A stretch of 64,000 bases of DNA from an uncultured delta proteobacterium (GCA_963808235.1 CAWEEQ010000004.1:480001-544000), one strand, 5' to 3'; shown: positions 19,523 through 32,927, numbered from the stretch's first letter. Translations and numbers: made by a program. Notes: generated from the sequence alone by a model not told the origin.

Positions 19523-21679
19523 TCAGTTGATCGCGCCCGCGATGAATGGCGTCGTACGCTCCGGCGGCGGCGAGGCTTTCAGCTCCCTGGCCGCCGATTG
19601 AATGCCGGCGGGATCGAAGATCACGAGGAGCGGTTTGATCTGATCGGTGGGTGGATTTGAAGCGCGGGTCCATCGGCTGGGGGCCGGGTATTCGATTTCG
19701 CGCGCGGTTGCGGCGTAGCGATCGATGAGTGGCTTTACGGCCTCGTACGAGCCAACGATCACGATTCCGAGCCGGCCGCCGGCCGCTGGTCCAACTAGCC
19801 AGTCGGTGTAGGCGCGCGGGGCGGCATCGACGAGCCAATCGGTTGGGAGCAGGTTGAGGCGCTTAAGTTCGAGTCGGGAAAGTTTCGCGGGATCGTTGCC
19901 GCCGGCGAGATACTTTGCCGCCGCCTCGACAATCGCGTCGAAGCGCAGCGCATCGGCGCGGGCTTCAAGCTGCGCGCCGGAAAGTTTGGCGTAAGCGGCG
20001 AAGGCGGCGGGCGGAATTTTGTAGATCCACACGCCGTCCTCTTTTGTTGGAGCGATGCCGAGCGATGCGAGTGGCTGCCGCCAAATCTCGAAACCCGCTT
20101 CTGCCGGATCGGCAATCACCGCCTGTATATCGAAGTGCGCCAGGTAGGCCTTCAGCTGATCGCCCACTTCGGGCAGATCTATCCCGCCGTAGGAATAGTT
20201 GATGACGGGCATTCGCGCGAACTCGAATGGCGCAATTACCCATCCGCAGGCCATCCGGAAGTACATGTCGCTTTTCGCCTGCCAGTACATGTAGATGCCG
20301 TCTTGCTGGAAGGGCAGCGGCAGGATGATTTCGCGCGGCGACAACTCCTTCGCGTAGCTTCCATCCTTGAAGAAGGCGGGGAGGTTGAGACCGGTTACCC
20401 AGAACGAAGCGCTTAAATTTGGCGCGAAGAATAAAACGACCAGCGCAGCGGCCAGGTATTTTGTTGAGGAACGTACTGCCGCGCTGCTGAACCATAAAGC
20501 CGCGATCAACGAAATCGCGAGCGACGAGTACATCGAGAATCTCGACGCCAGCGCATTCGATAAGACCGGCAACTTCGCGAACGCCGCCCACGGCATCGGA
20601 AACAGCGCCCGTCCTGCTACGTGAAGGACGGTTCCGAATGTGGCCACGATCGCAATCGCGAGCATCGCAATCAGAAATTTTCCGGTTGCCGTGCGCCATG
20701 TGTTCCGCCGGTACGCCTCGACGATGATGAGCAGCGGCAGTCCTATATAGACGCCGTTCTCGTACAGGTTTCCGCCGAACTTTTCTGTTATTGCACGCGC
20801 GAATCCAAAAGTGCCGAGCAGGTTGGTCTCGGTGGGAATAAAAAAATTGAGCAGATCGCCGGTGTACCTTTCAGGCGGCCAGATCGGACCATGCGGGGAG
20901 CCAAACGCGAAGAGATAGTAGAGGTACCACGAGACCGCGACGAGCGCGATCGCGTAAGCGCCGGCCAGAGGAGCAACCAAGCCGAGTATTCTCGCTCGCG
21001 TTTCGCGGTCGAAAAAAATAATCCCGAGCAACATCGCAAAGCCGGCGAACATTGTCATGGTCGCGAAGAGCTCGAGGCCGCAGAGAAACTGCACTACCAG
21101 CAGCGCGGCTATCTCGAGAATGAAGCGCCGCGCCGAAATCTCGCCATCGAGGCGGCGAAGCCCCGCCAGGGCCGCCAGTGGAATCGGAAACGCAAGCATC
21201 ATTTGGAAATGGCCCGGGAGCATCTGACCCAACATGTATGGCGAGAAGCCGAAGATGTAACCGCCCAGGATCGACGGCCAGAAAGCTCCGGTCACGCGAC
21301 GACAGAGCAGAAATGCCGAAAGCGCACTGACGGGAAGCGCGACGACGCAGAGAAAGTTGTAAGAGACGACTTCTCCGAATGCGGTGCTGAGCGGAATTAC
21401 GATCCATGCGGGCAGCGGAATAAAAGTGGCCCACGCGAGGTTCACTCCGCGCGGCGCCCACAATCGGTCGGTCAGAAAAGGGTTGACGCGATGCTCGAAA
21501 ACGTGGCGCCACCATCGGAGGAACCACAGCCACGTCGACGGATCGCATCCTTGCCCGATAAAGGCGGTGGTGAGATGGCCCTTGAGGCCGCGCCCGAACA
21601 GAAGAATTGGGAACGCGAGAAAGAGCAGGAAGGCTGCGGTCGAATCGTATCGGCCGTAGCGGCTATTGACGCGAGCCAT
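19523..21679 (-). CDS. Large polytopic membrane protein, probable GT-C fold glycosyltransferase
   Basis: DPSTWLWFLRWW..NPFLTDRLWAPRGVNLAW, IFGFSPYM, DLLNFFIP; many TM segments plus C-terminal soluble domain. Confidence 0.6.
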   Translation of the reverse strand: MARVNSRYGRYDSTAAFLLFLAFPILLFGRGLKGHLTTAFIGQGCDPSTWLWFLRWWRHVFEHRVNPFLTDRLWAPRGVNLAWATFIPLPAWIVIPLSTAFGEVVSYNFLCVVALPVSALSAFLLCRRVTGAFWPSILGGYIFGFSPYMLGQMLPGHFQMMLAFPIPLAALAGLRRLDGEISARRFILEIAALLVVQFLCGLELFATMTMFAGFAMLLGIIFFDRETRARILGLVAPLAGAYAIALVAVSWYLYYLFAFGSPHGPIWPPERYTGDLLNFFIPTETNLLGTFGFARAITEKFGGNLYENGVYIGLPLLIIVEAYRRNTWRTATGKFLIAMLAIAIVATFGTVLHVAGRALFPMPWAAFAKLPVLSNALASRFSMYSSLAISLIAALWFSSAAVRSSTKYLAAALVVLFFAPNLSASFWVTGLNLPAFFKDGSYAKELSPREIILPLPFQQDGIYMYWQAKSDMYFRMACGWVIAPFEFARMPVINYSYGGIDLPEVGDQLKAYLAHFDIQAVIADPAEAGFEIWRQPLASLGIAPTKEDGVWIYKIPPAAFAAYAKLSGAQLEARADALRFDAIVEAAAKYLAGGNDPAKLSRLELKRLNLLPTDWLVDAAPRAYTDWLVGPAAGGRLGIVIVGSYEAVKPLIDRYAATAREIEYPAPSRWTRASNPPTDQIKPLLVIFDPAGIQSAARELKASPPPERTTPFIAGAIN

Positions 21680-21698
21680 TAGATGCGGCGCGTCAATA

Positions 21699-22772
21699 TC
21701 AGCGGTGACTGGCGGAGGCGATCGCGCCGACGGCGTGCAGGGCGGAGGCGGCGTCGCGGAGGCATCGCTCTGTGGTCGCCCAATCGATGCATGGATCTGT
21801 AACCGAGACGCCGTACCTGAGCTTCGATCGATCGGCGCTGAGCGGCTGATTGCCTGCTTCGATATTGCTCTCGAGCATCACGCCCATGATCGCGTTGCTG
21901 CCCCCGCAAACCTGGTCGACCAGCGCCTGAAGCACCGCCGGCTGCCTGGTGTAGTCCTTGCTGGTCTGGGCGTGCGAGCAATCGACGATCACGCGCGGCT
22001 CGAGTCCTGCCGACGCGAGCATCCGGCTGCATTCGCCGATACTGTCTGCGTCGTAGTTCGGCTTGCGGCCTCCGCGCAGCACGATGTGAGTGTCGGGATT
22101 TCCCGAAGTGCGGATTACCGCGGAAATTCCGTCCTGGGTGATGCCGAGAAAAGCGTGCGGGCGGCGCGCGGATTGAATCGCGTTGATCGCGACCTGGAGA
22201 TTTCCTTCGGTGGTATTTTTGAAGCCCACCGGCATCGAGAGTCCGCTCGCCATCTCGCGATGGGTCTGGGACTCGGTGGTGCGCGCGCCGATTGCGGTCC
22301 ATGCGACCAGGTCCGCGATGTACTGCGGCGTGATCGGATCGAGCAGCTCGGTTGCCGCGGGCAATCCCATCCGGTTTATTTCGATCAGCACGCGGCGTGC
22401 GATCCGGAGTCCCTCGCGCATGTTGCAGCTATCGTCCATGTCGGGATCGTTGATGAGGCCCTTCCATCCCACCGTGGTGCGCGGCTTGTCGAAGTACACG
22501 CGCATCATGACGTAGAGCTGGTCCGAGATGGCTTCCTTGAGCCGGACGAGGCGGCGCGCGTAATCGAGTGCGGCGTCGGGATCGTGAATCGAGCAGGGAC
22601 CGACAATACAGAGCATCCGGCGGTCGCGCCCGGCCAGGATGCCGCGGATAGTCTCGCGAGACTCGACCACGACCCGCGCGATTCCCTCGTCTACCGGCAT
22701 CTCGGCCTTAAGCAGGCTCGGCGCGATGAGCGGCTCGGCGGCGAGGACATGAACGTCCTGAATTTGGCGCAT
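21699..22772 (-). CDS. aroG: 3-deoxy-7-phosphoheptulonate (DAHP) synthase, class I-alpha
   Basis: GPCSIHD, KPRTTVGWKGLINDP, AIGARTTESQTHREMASG, DCSH, SVTDPCIDW; aroF/aroG/aroH isoform not distinguishable. Confidence 0.93.
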   Translation of the reverse strand: MRQIQDVHVLAAEPLIAPSLLKAEMPVDEGIARVVVESRETIRGILAGRDRRMLCIVGPCSIHDPDAALDYARRLVRLKEAISDQLYVMMRVYFDKPRTTVGWKGLINDPDMDDSCNMREGLRIARRVLIEINRMGLPAATELLDPITPQYIADLVAWTAIGARTTESQTHREMASGLSMPVGFKNTTEGNLQVAINAIQSARRPHAFLGITQDGISAVIRTSGNPDTHIVLRGGRKPNYDADSIGECSRMLASAGLEPRVIVDCSHAQTSKDYTRQPAVLQALVDQVCGGSNAIMGVMLESNIEAGNQPLSADRSKLRYGVSVTDPCIDWATTERCLRDAASALHAVGAIASASHR

Positions 22773-22917
22773 ATAGTTAATAGATATTTTTATCCGAAAG
22801 GAGGGGGCTAACAAAGACGGTGGCCGGCGGCGCGTATGAGGTCGAAATTGGTAGTGCTCGATTGGCTCGCGGCCCTCACCCGTGCCTCAAAGATTCCCGC
22901 AGCACCAGACGGAATAC

Positions 22918-24207
22918 TCAGTTGGTATGCAGACGATTAGCTAGTTCCACGACGTGCGACGGATCGATCGCGACTATTGCTGCCGCGCCGACCGCGAACA
23001 TGATCACAAATCCCGCCATCAGGCGCAGGTAGAATGAGGGCTGATGGCTGGTTCGCGCGATCCCCGATTTGAAGACTGCGTTGACTCCGGCCGCGAGCGT
23101 CATCCCGATTACCGCATCGCGCGCTGAACTGGTGCCGGCGTTGACGAAACCGGCGAGGGAGAGCGAGATCGCGTCGACGTCGACGAGTCCGCTGATCGCC
23201 GAGACCGCCATCTGGCCGCCGTAGCCCAGATAGTTCTTTGCGAGCCGGACCACGAATAGGACTACGGTGAATACGACGCCGAACTTGAACGCTGGAGCGA
23301 GTGACAACGGGTTGCGGAAAGTCGAGGCCGCGACCTTGGCGCCGCTTTCGTGAGAGGCAATTCCAAGAATAAATGCCGCGCCGAAGCCGGCGAGCATCAT
23401 TGCGGCGAAACTCGGGACTCCCGCCAATGCCAGCGTCGGACTGACTACTGCGACTATTAGCAGCATCCGCGGGAACAAGATCGAATTGGCTATTAGCGCG
23501 TTGCGAGCCGCGGATATCGCCGTGTCGGGCGCCTCGGCTACTGCGCGCGAAATTCCGGTGGTATAGGCGGTCGTCGATGCAAGCGCTCCGAGCACCGCGG
23601 TCAGCAGCGCGCCGCGCTCGTCACCGGCGTACTTGGTCAGGAAGTAGCCGACGTACGATACGCCCGAGACCAAAATTACGAATAGCCAGATCTTGCGCGG
23701 ATCGAAAAATCCGAACGGTCCGTACGTGCCGGCGGGGAGCAGCGGGTAGATGATGAAAATCAAGCCGAGGAAGGTCAGCGTGTCGATATATTCCTGGTCG
23801 GAGATTCCTTCGAGCACGAAATGGCGCAACTGATCGCGCTCCGCCAAAATCAGCGCGAGCACGATTCCAAGTCCGGCGCCGAATTGGCGGTCTGACGTAA
23901 GGCAGAGAGCGGCCAGCGTGAAGGTCGCGATCGCGGCAAGCTCGGTGGTGATTCCGCTGCGCTCCGGATGCTGCATGCGCATCACGAGGATCGCGCCGAT
24001 CACGCCCGCGAAGAGCACGGCCGCAAGCACGACACTGCCAAGGTGTCCAGCTACCGCGCCGAGCAGCGCTATTATCAGGAAGTCGCGGGTGCCCGGCCGC
24101 GGCGGACCGTCAGCCGTCGGTTCTCGCGTGCGTCCAACCAGCAGGCCGATCGCAAGCGCAAGCAGAAATCCAAGCGCGGGAGAGTAGGGGCCGGTAGGCT
24201 CGGGCAT
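22918..24207 (-). CDS. MgtC/SapB family + DUF4010 membrane protein
   Basis: IGLLVG.TRE, PGTRDF, GITTELA, IWLFVILVSGVSYVGY, LASTTA, ISGLVDVDAISLS. Confidence 0.85.
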   Translation of the reverse strand: MPEPTGPYSPALGFLLALAIGLLVGRTREPTADGPPRPGTRDFLIIALLGAVAGHLGSVVLAAVLFAGVIGAILVMRMQHPERSGITTELAAIATFTLAALCLTSDRQFGAGLGIVLALILAERDQLRHFVLEGISDQEYIDTLTFLGLIFIIYPLLPAGTYGPFGFFDPRKIWLFVILVSGVSYVGYFLTKYAGDERGALLTAVLGALASTTAYTTGISRAVAEAPDTAISAARNALIANSILFPRMLLIVAVVSPTLALAGVPSFAAMMLAGFGAAFILGIASHESGAKVAASTFRNPLSLAPAFKFGVVFTVVLFVVRLAKNYLGYGGQMAVSAISGLVDVDAISLSLAGFVNAGTSSARDAVIGMTLAAGVNAVFKSGIARTSHQPSFYLRLMAGFVIMFAVGAAAIVAIDPSHVVELANRLHTN

Positions 24208-24231
24208 CGAGATTGCGATGTTATCGGAATG

Positions 24232-25485
24232 TCAGCGGAAATGCTTGCTCAGGAAATCCAGACATCGGCGCCATGAATCGAGGTTCGCGACGTGGTTGGC
24301 CTCAGGAGCTCCGCCCAGCGCCATCGGCGTTTTCACGACCGGATGAAAAATTTCACTTATCACCGGCGAATACGGAAAGCGGATGAAATGCCCGGCGCCC
24401 GCGTAGCTGACGTGTTCGTAGGAATGCGGAAAATCGTGCGCGATGAATCGTTGCATCGCAAGGTCGGCGAGATTCAGCGACGGCCACATCTGATCGTCGG
24501 TGCCGGAGAACATCAGGACCGGCCCGCCGATCTTTTCGACTGCGATTAGCGCGCGCTCGGCACTCTCGCGATTTTTGAGACATTCGAGAAACCAATTTCT
24601 GAGCGCGACCGGCGACTTGTTCCACACCTCGAGGCCGCGGGTCGTGGTCGCGATGCATGGCACATCCTCGCCGCGGATTGTCCACGCTGAGCGCACCGGA
24701 GCGTCGGCACCGCCGATTCCCGGCCACACGATACCGCTGGGCGCGTATGCGACCACCGCCGTGATCTGTGGAAACGTCGCGCCCAGCAGCAGCACCAGCT
24801 CTCCGCCGCGCGACGCACCGATCACAGCCAGCTTGTCGCCCGTTACTCCAGGGTGACGCTTCATCCACGCGATCGCCTTTGCAAAGTATTCGAGCGGGAT
24901 CCGCACAAGATCGCGCGGCAGACCGGGCATCGCGAAGTATCCGAGCGACATCACTGCATAGCCGCGACTTGCGAGCAGGGCAGGGTGATCGATCGCGAGT
25001 CCGCCGCCCGATCCCCCAACCAAAATAACGCCCGGCCGCGCACCGTCCTCATGATGGAACATCGTTGCGACGAGTCCGTCGTCGCTGACCTCGCTCCGCA
25101 CGACGCCTTCCGCCGCGAGCCTTCGCGATAGTTCCGCACTCGCGACGAGCCGGCCCTCCAGCGCTGCGCCGATCTTCACCGTCACCGGCGCTGTCGTCGT
25201 CTTGATGAACGGCGTGTGCTCTTTGATCGTTGAATCAAGTGTCATCGACCATAGGAGTCCCATCGCGTCCGCGACTCGATAGTTTCCGGCGACCGGGGCC
25301 TGACGCGCGAGGTCAACGGCCCCGTTCGAATCGGTGACAAATTCCGCGTGTGAGCTCCATCGATGCCCCAGATCGTCGTCCGCGGATGCCCTGACCACCA
25401 CCTGCGTGACGGCGGGAAATCCTTCGAGCCGAATAGAAACCGGCTCGTCGTAAAGCGCGTCGGTTTTGGAGGCGACGATTCGCAT
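24232..25485 (-). CDS. Acyl-CoA thioesterase / BAAT family protein
   Basis: N-terminal BAAT-like domain (MGLLWSM), GGSGGG, GASRGGE (Ser), DDQMWPS (Asp), AGH (His). Confidence 0.9.
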   Translation of the reverse strand: MRIVASKTDALYDEPVSIRLEGFPAVTQVVVRASADDDLGHRWSSHAEFVTDSNGAVDLARQAPVAGNYRVADAMGLLWSMTLDSTIKEHTPFIKTTTAPVTVKIGAALEGRLVASAELSRRLAAEGVVRSEVSDDGLVATMFHHEDGARPGVILVGGSGGGLAIDHPALLASRGYAVMSLGYFAMPGLPRDLVRIPLEYFAKAIAWMKRHPGVTGDKLAVIGASRGGELVLLLGATFPQITAVVAYAPSGIVWPGIGGADAPVRSAWTIRGEDVPCIATTTRGLEVWNKSPVALRNWFLECLKNRESAERALIAVEKIGGPVLMFSGTDDQMWPSLNLADLAMQRFIAHDFPHSYEHVSYAGAGHFIRFPYSPVISEIFHPVVKTPMALGGAPEANHVANLDSWRRCLDFLSKHFR

Positions 25486-25562
25486 AAGCCGGCCTTATCA
25501 GTATCTCGAGCGACCGTCAAAAAGCTCCTGCTCGTCCAATAAACAGCTTAAATTTCAGCGGC

Positions 25563-25592
25563 TTGCTGACAGGTCGGCCCCAGTGGTATCGT
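25563..25592 (+). promoter_or_regulatory. Putative sigma70 promoter of the rimP operon
   Basis: TTGCTG-N18-TATCGT with TG just upstream of the -10, immediately before the rimP leader hairpin. Confidence 0.45.
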
Positions 25593-25602
25593 GCTCACGT
25601 TG

Positions 25603-25625
25603 AGTGGGCGCGTGCCCACTTTTTT
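25603..25625 (+). terminator. rimP leader attenuator-like hairpin
   Basis: AGTGGGC-gcgt-GCCCACT stem followed by TTTTT, about 75 nt upstream of rimP; matches the known GGGC/GCCC rimP-leader terminator motif. Confidence 0.8.
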
Positions 25626-25698
25626 GTTGGTGTCGCAAAAGGAATCGCGCGAAAAACTGGGCTCTGGGTCGCGTGCCGGAGCGGGCGGAAGGAGGTGA

Positions 25699-26190
25699 GT
25701 GCCGACGGTGGCTCTGACGCTTCATCCGACCGCGGAAAAGGTGCTCGCCCTGCTTGAGCCGCACATCGAGCGCCAGGGTTACGAACTGGTTTCGGTGGAT
25801 TTTCGCAAGGGTACGCGCAATTCGATCCTCCGGCTGCTGGTCGATAAGCCGGGTGGTGGAATTGCGCTTAGCGACCTTGAGCGCCTGAGCCCGACGCTCG
25901 GAGATTTGCTCGACGTGTACGACCCGGTCGAAGGGCGTTACACGCTGGAAGTTTCGTCGCCCGGTATCAACCGGCCCCTGCGAAAGCTCGAGCATTTCGA
26001 GGCGGTCACGGGCGAACGCGTGAAGGTGCGGACCCATCGCGCGCGCGACGGACAGAAGACGTTTGTCGGCAAATTGGTTGCGGTGACCGATTCGGGAATC
26101 GAGCTTGACGATGAGAGCAGTCGAAAACGTCTAACGATTGGTTTCGACGAGATGTCCGGAGCGAATTACGAGTACGATTTTGACAAGTAG
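25699..26190 (+). CDS. rimP: Ribosome maturation factor RimP
   Basis: GYELVSV, LRLLVDKPGG, LDVYDP, YTLEVSSPGINRPL; GGAGG RBS. Confidence 0.95.
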   Translation: MPTVALTLHPTAEKVLALLEPHIERQGYELVSVDFRKGTRNSILRLLVDKPGGGIALSDLERLSPTLGDLLDVYDPVEGRYTLEVSSPGINRPLRKLEHFEAVTGERVKVRTHRARDGQKTFVGKLVAVTDSGIELDDESSRKRLTIGFDEMSGANYEYDFDK

Positions 26191-26295
26191 AATGACAAGA
26201 ATTCGCATGGAAAGCTCATTTTCATTCCGCCCCGCTGGTCGGGAGCGGCTTAACTCTATTGGCGCGTGGTTCTCATCGCGCCCCGGGGAGGCACT

Positions 26296-27771
26296 ATGCA
26301 GGTCGATCTGAACCGGGTAATCGAGCAGGTCTCCAAGGAAAAAGGCATCGACAAGACGATCGTGATCAACGCGGTCGAAGAAATGATGCATTCGGCGGCG
26401 CGGCGCACGTTCGGCCCCGACCGCAATATCGAATCGCGCTTCAATCCCGAGCTCGGCGAGATCGAGCTGTTCGAGATCAAGACGGTCGTCGACAAAGTGG
26501 CGAACTCCGCCGCCGAGGCCGACGTCGCAGAGGCGCGCGCGAAATACGATCCCGAAGCGGAAGTCGGCGACGAAATTTTGATCAAGCTCGACACGGCCAC
26601 GATGGGCCGTATCGCAGCTCAGGCGGCCAAGCAAAATCTCATCCAGCATATTCGCGACGCCGAGCGCAAACAGATCTTCAACGAGTACAAGGATCGCAAA
26701 CTCGAAGTCGTGTCGGGAATCGTGCAGCGCTTCGAGCGCAAGAACATGATCGTAAACCTCGGCCGCACCGAGGCGATCCTTCCCGAAAAAGAGCAGATCC
26801 CGCACGAGCGCTATCGCCAGGGCGATCGCATCCGCGCGCTGATCCTCGACGTCGATCTGTCGGAGAAAGGACTTTCGATCGTGCTCTCGCGCACTGCCAA
26901 CGACTTCCTGATGAAGCTGTTCGAGCAGGAAGTGCCGGAAATCTACGAAGGCATCGTCGAGATTCGCCAAAGTGCGCGCGAGCCCGGCGGACGCGCCAAA
27001 GTCGCGGTCTATTCCAAGGATTCGGACGTCGATCCGGTCGGCGCATGCGTCGGGATGAAGGGCACTCGCGTGCAATCGGTGGTGCAGGAATTGCGCGGCG
27101 AGAAAATCGACATCGTGCCGTGGACCGACGACCAGGCCGAGCTGGTCTGCCGCGCACTCGCGCCCGCAAAAGTCTCCAAGGTGATCATCGACGAGGACGA
27201 GCACGCGATGGAAGTGATCGTGCCCGACGATCAACTATCGCTGGCGATTGGAAAACGCGGACAGAACGTGCGATTGGCGCATCGGCTCACCGGATGGAAG
27301 CTCGACGTGCGCAGCGAGGCCGAGGCCGAAGAGGAAGCCCGCTCCGCGCGCGCCTCGCTCAACGCGATTCCCGGCATCGGCGACATCAACGCCGAGTTGC
27401 TCTACCAGTGGGGCTTCCGCTCCGCCGAGCAATTGTCGGAGGCCGATGAGACCGCCTTCGACGTCGAAGGCATCAGCAGTGAGCGCGCCACCCAGATAAT
27501 CAACGCGGCGCGCGACCATGTCTCCAACAAACGGATCGCGGCCGAAGCCAAGGCCGCCGCTGCAGAGGCTGCCGCCGCCGAGACTGCCGCGGCCGCCGCA
27601 CTTGCCGCGACTGAGGCCGAAGGCGCGGAGGCGGCTGCCGAGACGATTGCTGAAGATCCCGCTCCTGCGGCGAGCCAAGACTCCGTTCCTGCGGCGGGCG
27701 AAGATTCTGCTCCCGCAGCTAGCGAAGACTCCGCTCCTGTGGCGGGAGATGATGCGGGAGAAAAATCGTAA
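26296..27771 (+). CDS. nusA: Transcription termination/antitermination factor NusA
   Basis: GRIAAQAAKQ, LFEQEVPEI, AREPGGRAKVAV, DPVGACVGMKG, LSLAIGKRGQNVRLA. Confidence 0.97.
   Translation: MQVDLNRVIEQVSKEKGIDKTIVINAVEEMMHSAARRTFGPDRNIESRFNPELGEIELFEIKTVVDKVANSAAEADVAEARAKYDPEAEVGDEILIKLDTATMGRIAAQAAKQNLIQHIRDAERKQIFNEYKDRKLEVVSGIVQRFERKNMIVNLGRTEAILPEKEQIPHERYRQGDRIRALILDVDLSEKGLSIVLSRTANDFLMKLFEQEVPEIYEGIVEIRQSAREPGGRAKVAVYSKDSDVDPVGACVGMKGTRVQSVVQELRGEKIDIVPWTDDQAELVCRALAPAKVSKVIIDEDEHAMEVIVPDDQLSLAIGKRGQNVRLAHRLTGWKLDVRSEAEAEEEARSARASLNAIPGIGDINAELLYQWGFRSAEQLSEADETAFDVEGISSERATQIINAARDHVSNKRIAAEAKAAAAEAAAAETAAAAALAATEAEGAEAAAETIAEDPAPAASQDSVPAAGEDSAPAASEDSAPVAGDDAGEKS
27664..27759 (+). 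repeat. Four degenerate 24-nt coding tandem repeats in the NusA acidic tail
   Basis: [32 protein letters not shown]. Confidence 0.75.
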
Positions 27772-28066
27772 ACTAGAACCGGCCGGACCCAGGCCCGAGC
27801 GTACCTGTATCGGATGTATGAAAAAGGATTCGAAGTACGCGATGCTTCGAATTGCGGTCGTGAATGAAAAAGTCGAGGTGGATCTTGAGGCGCTTGCCCC
27901 CGGACGCGGCGGATATTTGCATCCGACGCTCGAGTGCGCCGACCGATTCGTCAATTCAAGGGTAAAGGAATTTCGCGCGATCGGACGCAACATCGATCGT
28001 CACGATCGGGTCACAATCGCCGAGTTCATTAAACGGCGACTGGATAGAAACTCGAAGGTCGAATAG
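27752..28066 (+). CDS. ylxR: YlxR/DUF448 family RNA-binding protein
   Basis: [23 protein letters not shown]; position between nusA and infB. Confidence 0.88.
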   Translation: MREKNRKLEPAGPRPERTCIGCMKKDSKYAMLRIAVVNEKVEVDLEALAPGRGGYLHPTLECADRFVNSRVKEFRAIGRNIDRHDRVTIAEFIKRRLDRNSKVE

Positions 28067-28076
28067 TATAATCAGG

Positions 28077-31004
<2,928 letters not shown>

Positions 31005-31006
31005 AC

Positions 31007-31034
31007 CAGGCTGGGATCTGCAGGCTGGGATCTG
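31007..31034. repeat. 14-nt perfect tandem duplication just after infB
   Basis: CAGGCTGGGATCTG x2. Confidence 0.8.
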
Positions 31035-31101
31035 AAGCAAGAATGCGCGGTCTCGTCCCGGACGCGCCGGAGAATTCGTCGCGTGGAGGAGGGGGCGTAT
31101 C

Positions 31102-31389
31102 ATGGTCGTCGGCGTTATGCGGCTGACCCTGTTTCTGCCGGAAAACCATTCTCTAAAAGGCAAACGACAGGTGCTGCGCGCGATCAAGGATCGCGTCCGC
31201 AACAAGTTTAACGTTTCCATCGCCGAGTCCGACGGCCACGATATGTGGCAGCGCGCCGAGCTGGGTATCTGCCAGGTTGGCAGCGATCGCGCCTTCGTCG
31301 ACAAGGCCCTGCGTGAGGTCGTGAACTTTATCGATTCGCTCGGGATGGCCCCGCTCGGCGAAGAACAGCTCGAGATCATCAACTACTGA
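31102..31389 (+). CDS. DUF503 (YlxP) family protein
   Basis: MVVGV..L.LPENHSLKGKRQV..KFNVSIAE..D.WQRAELG; canonical position between infB and rbfA. Confidence 0.92.
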   Translation: MVVGVMRLTLFLPENHSLKGKRQVLRAIKDRVRNKFNVSIAESDGHDMWQRAELGICQVGSDRAFVDKALREVVNFIDSLGMAPLGEEQLEIINY

Positions 31390-31439
31390 TGCCGCGGCTT
31401 CGCTGAGCCGCGTTGAGTCTACAATGCCGGTGAATCAAG

Positions 31440-31790
31440 GTGCCTGAAGGCCGAAGACCCGAGCGTGTCGCGGAGGCGCTGCTCCGCGAGCTGTCTGCGA
31501 TGCTGGTGCGTGACCTGCGCGACCCGCGCCTGCGCGGTATCACGCTGACCGGAGTCAAAATGGACGACGACCTGCGCCACGGCCACGTCTTCTTTTCCCA
31601 TCTCGAAGGCTCCGCGCGTGCGCCCGCCGCGATCGCAGGCTTCAAGAGCGCAAGCGGTTTCATCCGCCGCGAAATCGGCAAGGCACTCGCGCTCCGATAC
31701 ACCCCCGAGCTGAATTTCGAATTCGACCCGGGCCTCGAACGCGCCGCCCGCATCGACGCCCTCCTGAAACAATCCGCGCCGAAGGACTGA
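31440..31790 (+). CDS. rbfA: Ribosome-binding factor A
   Basis: RPERVAE, LRDPRL, DLRHG.VF, SASGFIR, LRYTPELNF.FD. Confidence 0.95.
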   Translation: MPEGRRPERVAEALLRELSAMLVRDLRDPRLRGITLTGVKMDDDLRHGHVFFSHLEGSARAPAAIAGFKSASGFIRREIGKALALRYTPELNFEFDPGLERAARIDALLKQSAPKD

Positions 31791-31850
31791 GCACCTCCGC
31801 GCTCGACGAAGAAAACGAGCCGCCCCTGACGGCTGAATAGGTAGCCAATC

Positions 31851-32063
31851 GTGAAAATTATCAGCAGAGCGGAAGACTTCGCCACGTTCGAAGCTTACAA
31901 AAGCTGGCTAGCCAAGAACGAAGGCAAGATCAGGGTCGTAAACGTGGTCTACAATCCCGATCGCATCGGCGTATTCCGATCCAAAAGATACCTCGTGACT
32001 TACGAAGTACAGGAAGGCTCAGAGCCCGAGCCCGACACAAAATCGGAAAGTTGGAAGCTCTGA
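31851..32063 (+). CDS. Small hypothetical protein (70 aa)
   Basis: Protein-like composition in a lower-GC stretch, same strand as neighbours; no family recognised. Confidence 0.5.
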   Translation: MKIISRAEDFATFEAYKSWLAKNEGKIRVVNVVYNPDRIGVFRSKRYLVTYEVQEGSEPEPDTKSESWKL

Positions 32064-32090
32064 TCCTGGACCCGGTCGAAGGAACGAATC

Positions 32091-32789
32091 GTGGGAATCG
32101 ATCCAATCAAGGCCGTGCTCTTCGATTCAGGAGATACCCTGCTCGAACCAGTCGGCGGCGCATGGTGGCCTCGACCGGCAATGCTCGCCGTGCTCAATCA
32201 GTCAGCCTCGCGTGTCGAACCGGACCGTCTGGGCGCGGCCTTGGATCTCGGGATGCAGTTTCTCGACACGCATCATCACGTCGAGACCGAGGACGCGGAA
32301 ATCGCCCAGTTCCGGGAATACTACACGTTCGTATTCGGCGAACTTCACTTCGACGCGGCTTCGGATACGATCGAGAAACTCGCGCGTGCTGAAGTCTTCG
32401 AGCTCCGGCAAACCCCGTTCGCTGACACACGCGACACCCTCGCCGAACTGCGCCGGGCGAGCCTCAAACTCGGCATCGTCTCGAACGCGTGGCCTTCTCT
32501 GGAACGCACTTATCTGACACTCGACTTGCGAAAATTCTTCGATGCGTTCGTGATCTCATCGAAGCTCGGATGTTTGAAACCAGATCCACGAATCTACCAC
32601 GCCGCAATTGAGCAGATAGCCGTCAAACCCGAGTCGATTCTCTTCGTGGACGATGGCCCGGACTACGTACAGGCGGCGAAGGCACTCGGAATGCGCGGCG
32701 CTGTTATGCGGCGCGGAACCCCAGATGGATGCGGCGATGGAACCGTAGCAAATCTCGCGGAGTTGAAAGCGCTGATTTGGAGCGGCTAG
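32091..32789 (+). CDS. HAD-superfamily hydrolase (subfamily IA)
   Basis: FDSGDTL (motif I variant), IVSNA, KPDPRIY, FVDD. Confidence 0.9.
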   Translation: MGIDPIKAVLFDSGDTLLEPVGGAWWPRPAMLAVLNQSASRVEPDRLGAALDLGMQFLDTHHHVETEDAEIAQFREYYTFVFGELHFDAASDTIEKLARAEVFELRQTPFADTRDTLAELRRASLKLGIVSNAWPSLERTYLTLDLRKFFDAFVISSKLGCLKPDPRIYHAAIEQIAVKPESILFVDDGPDYVQAAKALGMRGAVMRRGTPDGCGDGTVANLAELKALIWSG

Positions 32790-32899
32790 CCAGAGTATCG
32801 GAGTTCCGGTCGCCTCGCGGCCGGCAGGCGAGGGTTCCGCGGCTCAAGATGCAAGCCTGCTACGTCGCGCCCGGCTTTTTCTGTATCGCTCCGTCTTTG

Positions 32900-32927
32900 T
32901 GTCATTCTAGAGCGAAGCGAAGAATCC
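32900..32927. repeat. TGTC/CGTC-type REP-like palindromic element (single copy in window)
   Basis: TGTCATTCTAGAGCGAAGCGAAGAATCC resembles the widespread GTCATTCTGAGCGAAGCGAAGAATC repeat. Confidence 0.6.

Noticed and set aside
22773-22917. Spacer upstream of DAHP synthase examined for an attenuator/leader peptide or riboswitch
   Set aside because: No aromatic-codon-rich leader ORF or recognisable riboswitch/terminator structure seen.
27664-27759. Short tandem repeats considered as a CRISPR array (also 31007-31034)
   Set aside because: No unique spacers and no cas genes; the repeats are coding low-complexity sequence or a simple duplication.
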